A stretch of DNA of 64,000 nucleotides from assembly GCA_965662895.1 (NCBI GenBank), contig CBFIJH010000002.1:96001-160000 (forward strand). The letters run 5' to 3'. This stretch comes from Candidatus Poseidoniaceae archaeon. GTDB lineage: Archaea > Thermoplasmatota > Poseidoniia > Poseidoniales > Poseidoniaceae. The notes under the pieces are model-generated. The model saw only the letters and a program-made list of their open reading frames with translations, ran no database searches and had not been told where the DNA came from. Below are positions 28,620 through 38,418 of this stretch, one piece after another; positions within the stretch are counted from its first letter, which is position 1; each line of letters opens with the position of its first letter. The translations under genes were made by a program, and so were the position numbers.

Positions 28620-28910
28620 TCAATCGAATGACATAATATTGCCACATTCAGGATATGTACATGTCACTGAATATCTTGCTCGTTTTGGTTTGCGAATCTT
28701 TAGTCTCGAACCGCACATATCACACTGAATTGTGATTGTCTCCGGCTCTTGTTTTTTCGGTGCATCCTCAAGTGTTCGGCCAACATCGGTCGACCATCCT
28801 AAAGAATCGGTATAGGAATCTGCCTTCTTGATCTTACTTTGACGGAGTGAGAGTCTTAGCTTTCGTTTCCTTCGTGGGCGTCTCTTACCACCTGGTGCTT
28901 TTGCCGCCAT
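28620..28910 (-). CDS. Small basic Zn-ribbon protein
   Basis: K/R-rich N-terminus; CDMC...CTYPEC. Confidence 0.7.
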   Translation of the reverse strand: MAAKAPGGKRRPRRKRKLRLSLRQSKIKKADSYTDSLGWSTDVGRTLEDAPKKQEPETITIQCDMCGSRLKIRKPKRARYSVTCTYPECGNIMSFD

Positions 28911-28962
28911 GCTATCGACTATCGCTTTAGGTTGATGTATTCAACCCCTTCGGCGTATTGAA

Positions 28963-30276
28963 TCAATCCAAAATACCTGAAATTCCATTTTCTGGAACAT
29001 GAACGTTATGCCCCTTGGATTCCAGTGCTTCTGCGAGTGGAGGACGGGCCATGTTTGGATCCGAGTGATAGATGACGACATCCTCTGCTTGGCAGTCCTC
29101 AGCGAATTGAACAATTTCTTGATGTCCTGCATGGGTTGAAAAGGAGTATTGGTCGACATCAAGTTCAATGTTTGACAGCTTACCAAAGATGGGTACACGA
29201 CCTTCTTCGAGCAGTCTTCGACCTCCTGTATTTCGAGCTTGGTAGCCTGTAAGTAAAATTGCATTTTTTCTATCATGGCGTAATCGATTAAGGTACCAAA
29301 TCGACGGACCACCTTCCAGCATGCCCGATGTTGAAACAATAACGTCTGCATCGAGAGCCTTTTTACGATCTGATTTACTTGAAACACGGCGACACCATCT
29401 CCAAGCTGATTCAAGAGCTGTTGGATCTCGCAACGTTTCGGGGTGTTCCATTTGCAATTTAGCCACGCGCTTGCCCATACCGTCAACATGAACATCCAAT
29501 TCTGGGAGGTGTTTGTGTAAAAGCATGACAACATCCTGTGTCCGCCCATTTGCAAATGCCGGAATCAGTGCAGTTCCACCACGATCAACAACTTCTACGA
29601 CTCGTTCAATGAATCGCTCGTTCTCTTCCTGTTTTGGTGGATGATCACGACCACCATACGTCCCTTCAACAAAAAGGACGTCTGTCTTAACGGGTTTTGC
29701 ACCCTTTGTAAGTTGTGAATCTCTCGTATCAAAATCCCCAGAGAATAACACAGACTTGCTCGGAGTTTCGACATGAAGCATAGCTGCACCTGGAATGTGG
29801 CCGGCGCCATGAAGTTCGAGTTTCCAATTATCCTGTCTCCAGGATTTGTTGAACTTGTGTGTTTTCCATGCTGACAACGCAAGATCAATATCTCGTTTAT
29901 CCCAAGGAAGAGGATATCTTTCAATTGATGAAACCTTGTGGCAATCATACCACATCATTTCCGAAATCGCTGCAGTTAACTCTGTACCATGAAGTGTCGA
30001 ATTGTGGTTTGATGCAAGCCATGGTACCATCCCAAGGTGATCAATATGGGAATGTGTAATGATTGCATGAGCGACATGTGGCGCTTCGTTAGGATAACGG
30101 GGTGGTTTCGTCGGAGCGATACCATAATCAAGAAGAAGACGATTTGAGGATGGATCTTCGAGCACAATTCCAACATTGCCTACTTCGTTACCACCACCGA
30201 GATAATGATACCGTAGTCCACGTTCTGGAGGGGTTTGTGGGTAGCCAGATGTTCGACCTGGTGCATAGACGACCAT
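28963..30276 (-). CDS. Beta-CASP MBL-fold ribonuclease (aCPSF-type)
   Basis: LGGGNEVG, THSHIDH, AGHIPG, SGD, EGTYG, STHAG. Confidence 0.92.
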   Translation of the reverse strand: MVVYAPGRTSGYPQTPPERGLRYHYLGGGNEVGNVGIVLEDPSSNRLLLDYGIAPTKPPRYPNEAPHVAHAIITHSHIDHLGMVPWLASNHNSTLHGTELTAAISEMMWYDCHKVSSIERYPLPWDKRDIDLALSAWKTHKFNKSWRQDNWKLELHGAGHIPGAAMLHVETPSKSVLFSGDFDTRDSQLTKGAKPVKTDVLFVEGTYGGRDHPPKQEENERFIERVVEVVDRGGTALIPAFANGRTQDVVMLLHKHLPELDVHVDGMGKRVAKLQMEHPETLRDPTALESAWRWCRRVSSKSDRKKALDADVIVSTSGMLEGGPSIWYLNRLRHDRKNAILLTGYQARNTGGRRLLEEGRVPIFGKLSNIELDVDQYSFSTHAGHQEIVQFAEDCQAEDVVIYHSDPNMARPPLAEALESKGHNVHVPENGISGILD

Positions 30277-30317
30277 AACTCAACGAATGAATTGTTATGA
30301 ATGAACTTGTGGGTGAC

Positions 30318-30499
30318 ACCCCTAGGTTTCCAGTGGAATCTGTTTGAGAGTCGAGACAATATATTTTCAGTGAGATTCTACAATAACAATATACACTATA
30401 CGCGAAATAATACGATTGTACTTTGTTGATTTATATCTATTATTTTCTTTGTTGATCTTTTGTCAAGCATCAGAGTAACTCCAGTGGAAATTAAGGGGT
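30318..30499. other. oriC: Candidate archaeal replication origin (two inverted ORB elements around an AT-rich element)
   Basis: Minus strand 30318-30338 TTCCACTGGAAACCTAGGGGT; plus strand 30479-30499 CTCCAGTGGAAATTAAGGGGT; about 140 bp AT-rich spacer in the largest intergenic gap. Confidence 0.8.
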
Positions 30500-30621
30500 A
30501 GGGATATGAATCTTCTTTGTAACAAGTGAAATCGAAAGGTTCTTTCTCTTGGACATAAATCTCTACAAAATTATTTCAAAATCATGGAAGATGAAATATG
30601 ACAGTGTCCACTGGAGCAAAC

Positions 30622-30810
30622 ATGCCACAACCATTCTTTGTTGTTGACGAAGATCTGTGCTATGGTTGTGGTGCGTGTATTGGCTTATGTCCAACAAGTG
30701 CGTTGTCAATGAAAGGTCTTCTTGCTCTTGTAGAACAGTCGAGTTGCACATATTGTGAACTATGCATCCCAAGCTGTCCCGTGGATGCTCTCTTTATTGA
30801 ATCGAGATGA
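30622..30810 (+). CDS. 2[4Fe-4S] ferredoxin
   Basis: CYGCGACIGLCP and CTYCELCIPSCP. Confidence 0.93.
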   Translation: MPQPFFVVDEDLCYGCGACIGLCPTSALSMKGLLALVEQSSCTYCELCIPSCPVDALFIESR

Positions 30811-30814
30811 AAGC

Positions 30815-31504
30815 ATGAAGATTCTCATTGTTGGTGCAGGTCTTGTAGGTTATGGGTATGCTTATTCAGCTCTTAACAAAGGTTATGAAGTCCATATCGC
30901 AGACCATTCAATAGAATTCGGTTTACCAAATGTGTGGCCAAGTATTCTTTATGATCGCAAATCGATTCCACTTTCCTTTACAACCGATCAAGGATTTGAA
31001 GGTACAGATTCTTCATTTCGACATGAATGGATTATGAAAGGAATGAGCATTGAGTTGGCAAAACTTGGCGCAGAATTTTTTCACCGAACTCGAGTTTTAT
31101 CATCTCGGAAATCAGAAGATGGAATGTACTCCATAGATTTCAAAGGAGCCGGTCAGAAAACGGGTATGTTCGAATACAACAGAGTTATCGATACAACACA
31201 AGATACCTGGATACCTTGGGCAACCTCACACGTCCTTTCAGACGTATCCGTGCGGTACGATGTTGAACGAAGGGAAGCAACAGGATATGTTCATCTTCAA
31301 TCACACATGAATGAATTTAACGATGCAATTTACCAAATTCATCGACAAGATGGGCTATCTGAGTCGTGGTATTCGGGAAAACATACATCAACAAATCGAA
31401 AAGTGATTGAGATTATTTCAACAATGCTGCCAACAAATCACTCTTTGTGGGATTGTAGTCAACGTTTCCAACTAGGTATAGATTTGGAGAGTGGAACAAA
31501 ATGA
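30815..31504 (+). CDS. FAD/NAD(P)-binding protein (short, divergent)
   Basis: Rossmann start MKILIVGAGLVG; the rest is not recognisable. Confidence 0.65.
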   Translation: MKILIVGAGLVGYGYAYSALNKGYEVHIADHSIEFGLPNVWPSILYDRKSIPLSFTTDQGFEGTDSSFRHEWIMKGMSIELAKLGAEFFHRTRVLSSRKSEDGMYSIDFKGAGQKTGMFEYNRVIDTTQDTWIPWATSHVLSDVSVRYDVERREATGYVHLQSHMNEFNDAIYQIHRQDGLSESWYSGKHTSTNRKVIEIISTMLPTNHSLWDCSQRFQLGIDLESGTK

Positions 31505-32229
31505 GAACAAAAAAACTCTATCTCGAATCAATTGAAGCAGCGTATATTGATGAATTTGCAGCAGAGGTTGTTGCAATTGAAGAAAACAAAATAGTTCTTG
31601 ATCAAACGCTGTTCTACCCACTTGGAGGTGGGCAGAATTGGGATCTTGGCACACTTGTTGGGCCAAATGGTGAAATGAATGTCGTCGAAGTTCGTGGGAG
31701 AGATGCTATTCATCATACAGTTGAAGACGCATTTGATCTTCAAATCGGCGATGAAGTTCGTGGAACAATCGACTTTGAACGACGTTATGCACACATGAGA
31801 ATGCATACGGCGCAACATCTTGTGAGTGGGATAGCCTATGAGATGTTTGACGGAGTTCGAACGGTTGGAAATCAAATCCATACAGAAAAGTCTCGAATTG
31901 ATTTCAAACCAATTCAATTTACTGAAGAGATGCTATTGGAACTCCAAGATGCTGTAAATGAACAGATACAGCATGGTTTGGAGGTTAGTGATTCTGAAAT
32001 GACGCGAGACCAAATCAATTCAATTATGCCAGAAGAAAGGACAAACATGGACCTCATACCTTCATTTATCAACGATCTACGTGTAATTACAATAGGAGAT
32101 AAACAAGACCTTTGCCCGTGTGCTGGAACGCACGTACGTAATATTTCGGAAATCAAGGGCATCGAGTTTATTGGAAAAAAATCGAAGGGGAAAGGGACAC
32201 AACGAGTTACGTACCAACTTCGTGGTTAA
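31501..32229 (+). CDS. alaX: AlaX alanyl-tRNA editing protein
   Basis: LDQTLFYPLGGGQ, HTAQH, CAGTH. Confidence 0.93.
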   Translation: MRTKKLYLESIEAAYIDEFAAEVVAIEENKIVLDQTLFYPLGGGQNWDLGTLVGPNGEMNVVEVRGRDAIHHTVEDAFDLQIGDEVRGTIDFERRYAHMRMHTAQHLVSGIAYEMFDGVRTVGNQIHTEKSRIDFKPIQFTEEMLLELQDAVNEQIQHGLEVSDSEMTRDQINSIMPEERTNMDLIPSFINDLRVITIGDKQDLCPCAGTHVRNISEIKGIEFIGKKSKGKGTQRVTYQLRG

Positions 32230-32275
32230 TTATCCCAATAAGTTTAATCATAATCGTTTTTTGAAAGATGTAAAA

Positions 32276-32977
32276 TTAATCTTCATCTTCAAGTAAATCG
32301 AGAACATCAGAAACTGCCGAATCCCAAACCATTTTCTTTGTTTTCTTCTGGTGTAATTCTTCATTTTCAAGGATCTCAAGTATTCCATCATCGACACCGA
32401 CATTTCCTGCTTTAATGTTGGTCCGCGTAACCATTTCAACATCTTCTCCTGCACGATCCGAACGGTCAACTGGTGCAATATCCTTACTTGGAATGGTTCG
32501 TCCTGCGTGATAATGGTCACGATCAAAGTCTTTTTCGCTCCAGGTGTCGGTACCGATTTTTCTTGCCACTTCCGGTTCAGGAGGCTTGTCTTTCCATTGA
32601 TTCTTGTTTGCGATATTTTGGATGATTGATTGTTTTTCGACGCTCTTTTGAAGTTCAAAAATCTCCAAAACATCCTGTCCTGATCGTTCCTTTTCCTTTG
32701 GTGCGTATTGACTTGCTCGATGTTGTTGTTCGTCCAACCATGGGCCGTGAATAGGGTCAGTATCATGGCGATGAGGAGCGACAGACATAGCTAGCAACTC
32801 CTTCGCGAATTGATAGAATGCGTCTTCAGGAGGTGCTTTAGCCATTTCATCGCGAATTCGTTTGTGAGAAGCAATGCATTTCTGGCATCTTGAACTCCCG
32901 ACTTCGTCTGGCTCATCGCACCACAGGCAACATGCCTGGAATCCCATGTCCTTCATTGCTCGCCTAGGCATTGACAT
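32276..32977 (-). CDS. Hypothetical protein with N-terminal Cys cluster
   Basis: CCLWC...RCQKC followed by a charged region. Confidence 0.7.
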   Translation of the reverse strand: MSMPRRAMKDMGFQACCLWCDEPDEVGSSRCQKCIASHKRIRDEMAKAPPEDAFYQFAKELLAMSVAPHRHDTDPIHGPWLDEQQHRASQYAPKEKERSGQDVLEIFELQKSVEKQSIIQNIANKNQWKDKPPEPEVARKIGTDTWSEKDFDRDHYHAGRTIPSKDIAPVDRSDRAGEDVEMVTRTNIKAGNVGVDDGILEILENEELHQKKTKKMVWDSAVSDVLDLLEDED

Positions 32978-33065
32978 GGTGCTCAACGAACCCTAGTTGT
33001 TCAAACACATGAACTCTCGCACATCGCGAGCGAGGATTGAAAGAAGACAACGAATTGAGAAGAGC

Positions 33066-33953
33066 ATGGTTCGAGACTCACGTGCGGATATTCTCGAACC
33101 GAGTCCATTTTATGGAACACAACAAAAAATCCATCGCGTTCATGCAGGACAACAATCGCAATCAAGTTCTCCAATCAATAATTTCTTTCGCGTCATGACA
33201 CAGACTCAACCTAAACTCCACAAGGGTGGAATTTGGCATTTCAGTGAAGAAGAGAAGAAACATTTGTTGTATGCAACTGCAGCTTTCACACTTGCCCTTG
33301 GTTTTATGGCTGCAGGTGGACTTGGTGGACTTTCAATCAACGGGCCATCAACATGGATACTTCAAATTCTTTTATCGATGCCAATTATGCTGATTGCAGT
33401 TGGTCCTGCATTCGTTCTCCATGAAATTGGACACAAAATTGTCGCAAAAAAGAATGGTTGTTGGGCAGAATTCCGAGCCGATCCCAAAGGCTTACAATTT
33501 GGCGTTCTTATTTCTCTCTTTCTTGGTGTCCTTTTCATGGCTCCTGGTGCAGTGATGGTTGCAGGTCTTGTAACACGTCGGCAAAACGGGCATATCGCTG
33601 TTGCAGGGCCGTTGGTAAATCTTGGATTGTTTGTGATTGGTATTCCATTGGGTGCCCTGCTGTTTATGTTAACGAATGCACAAGACTACAGCACGATGGG
33701 TTATTTGCAAGATGGGGCACTTATTTGGCAATCAATGGTCTATGACATTGTTCTTTACTGGATTGGTGCAAATCTCATTCTTGGTCTGTTTAACATGATC
33801 CCATTGGGTCCGCTTGATGGTGTGAAAGTTAAGGATTGGAACAACGGTGTTTGGTGGGGTGTCTTTCTAATATTCCTATCACCAATAATCATCTATTTGA
33901 CGACACCGTATTCGCCAATGACGCTTGTCATTTGGCTCTCGAATCTCGTTTAA
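33066..33953 (+). CDS. M50 (site-2) membrane metalloprotease
   Basis: HEIGH, AVAGP, FNMIPLGPLDG. Confidence 0.92.
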   Translation: MVRDSRADILEPSPFYGTQQKIHRVHAGQQSQSSSPINNFFRVMTQTQPKLHKGGIWHFSEEEKKHLLYATAAFTLALGFMAAGGLGGLSINGPSTWILQILLSMPIMLIAVGPAFVLHEIGHKIVAKKNGCWAEFRADPKGLQFGVLISLFLGVLFMAPGAVMVAGLVTRRQNGHIAVAGPLVNLGLFVIGIPLGALLFMLTNAQDYSTMGYLQDGALIWQSMVYDIVLYWIGANLILGLFNMIPLGPLDGVKVKDWNNGVWWGVFLIFLSPIIIYLTTPYSPMTLVIWLSNLV

Positions 33954-35993
33954 TCAAAGACCGTGGATTTCCTTGGACTTATCGTGACTCCAGTGGTAAC
34001 ACAATCGGAGGAGGTTGAGATAGTGTCCCTGGCCGTCTTTGACCATCTTCTCGTGAAGCGGCTCATTGGTCATGAACATGTCACCCCAAACGTTGGCAGA
34101 TGTACCCTTCTTGCCCTTTGGCAGGTCAAAGACTTCGTTTGTTGTTGGTTCCAACAAGTTCTTCCAAACAATTGCTGGATTGACAGCCATCGTTACTTCC
34201 ACGATGATTTCGTCCTCGTTGAGGCCAGTTCCTGTCTGCCAGGATTCTTCTCCCATATCAGCAAGGAATGGGAGACATAGATCGATGATGGAGAGTCCAG
34301 TCATTGGGTCAGCACCGGTCATTTGACCGTAAGCTTCTCGCATTCGTCCACGGTCAGCGCCACGAGCACCCGTGATCATGCGTAGCTTGTCGATAGATGT
34401 TGGAACGAGGAATCGAATGTCCGTGTAGTAGACAAGCGCCTGTTCACTGCTGCCTGCAGGTGCAAAGATGTGTGAGAACGGCTGTGCACCACTGCTTTCA
34501 CCAAGCATGTCCATCGGGAACAATGTCTTGAGTGCGTTCGTTGCAACGGATTGGACAACGCGTCGAATCAATCGCTCTGGAGCGGCTGAAACGTCGTTAA
34601 ACGATTCCATGTATTCATCGAGGTTGAGAATATCGTATCCACGAACAGCGAGGATTGAATGGACGTTTGGACCAAGGATCTTGTCACCCTCAATCATTGC
34701 CTGACTAATCCAGCGAGCACCCTTAGCGAAATCGCTTGCAGTAACGAGATCAGCATATGCCTTGTATCGACGAGCAACACGGTTCATGAAGTCCGCTTGG
34801 TCGAGCTTGGTGAAGACCGTAGCAGCGTAGTTTGACTTCAGTGCGTGGTCGGCTACCTGACTTGCGTTGACACACGTTAAGAGATTTCCTTGGTCGTGAG
34901 GGTAGAGCAACAATCGTCGACGCTTGGCAGCGCCACCAAGTGAGCCAACCTTCGGATCGGTCAAGATGTAGCCGAGACAAGCAGTGACTTCGAACAGACG
35001 AGCGTATTTGTCTTCATCGCTTGCGTTTTTGATCCACTCGTCAAGACCTGGCTCGACACAGTGGAATTCAAGTGGGACCATTTCGGAACCTGCACCGAAC
35101 ATCTGTCGAACAGTCGAAGAGGACATCATACCCATCATGGTGTACAATGACGTTTTTCCAGTGGTGAGGAAGACGTCAGTGATTCCTTCTTCACCGAAGG
35201 AGATACGTCGGTCTGGCAGGTTCACCAAGAGATTGAATGCAGTAGCAGTATCTCGGTTTCCATCAACAGCGGGATGAATCCATGTCGTTGGTTTGGTCAT
35301 GAGGTAACCACTTGCATCCTTTCCAAATCCAGCAGGGGAGTATCGAATCCACCCGAGTCGGTTGTTGAACGCAACACCACGGTGCATCAATGAAGGGTAG
35401 TAGACCTTGTCTTGTGGGTCTGAATCTGGTACAACACCTCGGTGTCCGAGACCCCATAGGATTGGTTCCCACTCAGCAACACCATCTTCATCGCCACCAT
35501 CACCTAGGAATGGATGGCCACTTGAGACGGTTTCACCAGTGAGCATGGAACCACCCAATCGCTCTTCATCGCCTGTTGAACAGAAGAAGAACGTCTGTGT
35601 GGTGACGAGTTGCTTTGGCGTCCACATGTTCGCATTGACGACTGTCTTTTGCTTAAGGAAGTCCGAGAGTGTGCTGATTCGACGTTCAAACTTGAATCGC
35701 TCAGATTCAATCCACGTGGAACCGAAGAAGAGGTTAGTGTTGAGTAACTTTGGACGACCAGGTCCGATGTAACGTGAACGAGGATCTCCCTTTGTGTCAT
35801 CCGTTTCATGAATAGGTTCCCACGGTCCTTGTGTTGGAATGTACTTGAGGAATTCTTCGTGATCAAAAGGCATCTTTTGTGCTTCTTTGACGGCGTCTTC
35901 GACTTTATCCATCAACTGGACATAAGTTTCAGTTGGTGTAATTCGTCCACTTTCTTTGAATTGCTTATGCGATACTGCTCGATGTTCCCACAT
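33954..35993 (-). CDS. Hypothetical 679-aa soluble protein, probably highly expressed
   Basis: Long ORF, GAGGTG SD upstream, C-ending codon bias; no family recognised. Confidence 0.85.
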   Translation of the reverse strand: MWEHRAVSHKQFKESGRITPTETYVQLMDKVEDAVKEAQKMPFDHEEFLKYIPTQGPWEPIHETDDTKGDPRSRYIGPGRPKLLNTNLFFGSTWIESERFKFERRISTLSDFLKQKTVVNANMWTPKQLVTTQTFFFCSTGDEERLGGSMLTGETVSSGHPFLGDGGDEDGVAEWEPILWGLGHRGVVPDSDPQDKVYYPSLMHRGVAFNNRLGWIRYSPAGFGKDASGYLMTKPTTWIHPAVDGNRDTATAFNLLVNLPDRRISFGEEGITDVFLTTGKTSLYTMMGMMSSSTVRQMFGAGSEMVPLEFHCVEPGLDEWIKNASDEDKYARLFEVTACLGYILTDPKVGSLGGAAKRRRLLLYPHDQGNLLTCVNASQVADHALKSNYAATVFTKLDQADFMNRVARRYKAYADLVTASDFAKGARWISQAMIEGDKILGPNVHSILAVRGYDILNLDEYMESFNDVSAAPERLIRRVVQSVATNALKTLFPMDMLGESSGAQPFSHIFAPAGSSEQALVYYTDIRFLVPTSIDKLRMITGARGADRGRMREAYGQMTGADPMTGLSIIDLCLPFLADMGEESWQTGTGLNEDEIIVEVTMAVNPAIVWKNLLEPTTNEVFDLPKGKKGTSANVWGDMFMTNEPLHEKMVKDGQGHYLNLLRLCYHWSHDKSKEIHGL

Positions 35994-36004
35994 TCTTCTT
36001 CACC

Positions 36005-36559
36005 TCAAAACTTCTTTTTCTTGATAGGAATTTTTTCCTCTTCTTTAGGAGCTTCTTCTTCAGGAGTCTCCTCGGCTTCGTCTTCAACGACTTGGTCTTC
36101 CTCTTCAAGGCTATCCCCATCACCAGTTGAATTCTCTTCCACGATTTCGTCTTCAGAAATTTCTTGTTCTTCCTCTGATTCTTCTTCATCTTCACCATCA
36201 TCGGATTCGATATCTTCCATCATGATGTCCACAACTTCGTCGATTTCTTCGTCTTCTTCAGGTTCAGATTCAGCAACAGTTTCTGATTCTTCTCGCGGAA
36301 TGAGGAGCTGCAAAACGAGACCAAAAGTTCCGGCTACTGCGCCAAGTCCGATAATTGCTCCGTTATTGGTTCGTTGTGTATCATCAGGATCGCTGTTTGT
36401 TTCTACACCGGTGACGGGCGGAATCTCATTACCAGTGACGTTTGTCACGATTTCGACAGCAGCCCATGCTGCAAAAACGAGCATGATAATTGACAATAGA
36501 TTTGCGGTCGAGGCATTCGTTTTGACCCAATTTGCAAAGGGCGTCTGACCATCTTCCAT
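36005..36559 (-). CDS. Two-TM protein with very acidic C-terminal tail
   Basis: Two hydrophobic helices, an E/D-rich tail and a basic terminus IKKKKF. Confidence 0.75.
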   Translation of the reverse strand: MEDGQTPFANWVKTNASTANLLSIIMLVFAAWAAVEIVTNVTGNEIPPVTGVETNSDPDDTQRTNNGAIIGLGAVAGTFGLVLQLLIPREESETVAESEPEEDEEIDEVVDIMMEDIESDDGEDEEESEEEQEISEDEIVEENSTGDGDSLEEEDQVVEDEAEETPEEEAPKEEEKIPIKKKKF

Positions 36560-36620
36560 ACTCGTGCCTCGCGACGTTTGCATATAACTTGTGTGCCTTT
36601 AATAAAGAAAAATGAATCAA

Positions 36621-38387
36621 TCACTCATCCAAGTAAGCGTTCTTTACAGGGGTCTCATCAAGGTGGAAGAAAGAATACGTCGCCCACCATGTAATGGTAT
36701 CCAATGCATCGACAAGGTTGCTTGTCCCACTTCGCTCTTCACCGTAATCTTTGCCTGTTGTATCCATCCAGTCAATCATTTCGTCAAGCGTGTCGCATGT
36801 TTGGTGGTAGCACCAATAACCGTCAACAAGTCCACCAAAGCCCATTGTTACGGTGCCAAGATTGTCTTGGAATGTAGCGTGGTCGGAACGTGCGGTCGTA
36901 TCTTCATACACAATAATCTCGGGACGATCTTTTGCAAGCCAATCGTCAACCTTCCATGTTTCAGCATCGTATCCTTCACCAAGGAGTGGAGACATCTGCT
37001 CTTCAACACCGATGGCATCGGAGCCAATCCACATCGCTAGGCCAACCATACCCGGCTGATTCATGACATCATGTTCGAGACTTGGTCCGATGTAAACACG
37101 CATTGGCCATACTTCGTCATCTTTCGGATAACCATCAGGATCGATTTCTGGATTTGGATCGCAACCACCGTCAGGACCGTGATTACCTCCACAAGGAGCT
37201 CCTCCACCACCCGGCCAATTCACACCAGCCATATCGAGATTGACGTAATTAGTCACTTCCACATTTGGATTCTCATTCTTAACCCATTCATCGGTCCAGA
37301 AGTCACTTCCACGCTTACCACCTTCTTCACCAGACCACAGGCAGAATACCATGGTGTTTCGAGTACTGTAGCCAGCCATTGCTTCAGCAACGGTCAACAC
37401 CATACTTGTCCCAGCAGTGTTGTCGTAAGCGCCGACACGTGTACCGTAAGTACGGCCGAAGATATGTGGGTCAAGTGCAACAGCGTTCACAGGCGGAGCG
37501 ATATCAAAGTGAGCACCGAAAACCATCCACTTGTCTCGGTCCACTTCACCCCATCGGTAGCCACAGATGTTGTAAGCTTCTGGATTCTGGGAACCTGTCA
37601 TAACCGAATCGTAGACAAATCGTTGTGTGATCACTTCAAGACCAAAATTTTCCAAGGTTTGGATGAGATGCAATGCAGCATCTTCGTAAGCGGCATTACC
37701 TTGTCCAGCCCAACGGTCCAGATAACCAAGAGCACCATCGACCACATCGGTTGGATCTGCAGTTTGATCGCTCAAACTCGATAGATAATTGAACGTCGTC
37801 CTGCCGTTCACAACACCAGTTGAGTGCCGTCCACCATCAGCTTCAGAGTACGCAGGCGCAGCTGGACGTTCGACTGAAAGGAGCACAGGCGTCACTCCAC
37901 CACCATTTGAATTGGATGTCTGGACCGTGTTTAGACTACCATTTTCACCAATCACTCGTGAGATGCCTTGGGAATTTTCGCCATCATAACCCCCTCGCTC
38001 CCACCACGTTTTCCACGATTCGTTGAGTTCACGGATTGGCCAGTTTTCCCGCCCGTAATCACCGAGCAAAACAACAGCTGTATCGGTTCGAGGTGGTGCA
38101 AGGACGGTGAGCAAGGCGTTCTCGCCTGCTTTGAGATCGACCACGGTTGAATTTTGAACAAAGCCTGTGTCAGGATTCAACATCAAGTACGGAACAAAGG
38201 CTGAGAGATCACGATCTGCAGATATTGTGAGACCTTGGAAGATTCCACCAATGAGCGTTTCAGGTGTTATGGTAACGTCATTTTCACCAATTTGCCCGTT
38301 ATCGTCTCCTTCTCCAAAGCAACCAGAGAGTGGAGCGAGCATCATGATGCACACGAGACCGAGTGCCCGACGTGCATCTCTCCCCAT
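36621..38387 (-). CDS. M28 family metallopeptidase lipoprotein
   Basis: Lipobox LSGC, GAHFD, GAYDN, GEEGG, NLDM, SDH, YHQTCD. Confidence 0.92.
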   Translation of the reverse strand: MGRDARRALGLVCIMMLAPLSGCFGEGDDNGQIGENDVTITPETLIGGIFQGLTISADRDLSAFVPYLMLNPDTGFVQNSTVVDLKAGENALLTVLAPPRTDTAVVLLGDYGRENWPIRELNESWKTWWERGGYDGENSQGISRVIGENGSLNTVQTSNSNGGGVTPVLLSVERPAAPAYSEADGGRHSTGVVNGRTTFNYLSSLSDQTADPTDVVDGALGYLDRWAGQGNAAYEDAALHLIQTLENFGLEVITQRFVYDSVMTGSQNPEAYNICGYRWGEVDRDKWMVFGAHFDIAPPVNAVALDPHIFGRTYGTRVGAYDNTAGTSMVLTVAEAMAGYSTRNTMVFCLWSGEEGGKRGSDFWTDEWVKNENPNVEVTNYVNLDMAGVNWPGGGGAPCGGNHGPDGGCDPNPEIDPDGYPKDDEVWPMRVYIGPSLEHDVMNQPGMVGLAMWIGSDAIGVEEQMSPLLGEGYDAETWKVDDWLAKDRPEIIVYEDTTARSDHATFQDNLGTVTMGFGGLVDGYWCYHQTCDTLDEMIDWMDTTGKDYGEERSGTSNLVDALDTITWWATYSFFHLDETPVKNAYLDE

Positions 38388-38418
38388 AATTCAACGCAAA
38401 CCGTCTCTCTATCTCAAT

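Noticed and set aside
35808-36548. 246-aa Ser-rich plus-strand ORF
   Set aside because: Antisense mirror of the Glu/Asp-rich (GAA) tail of the minus-strand gene.
38167-38418. N-terminal extension of the channel ORF in the ORF track
   Set aside because: It overlaps the M28 peptidase gene antisense and shows no channel-like helices.
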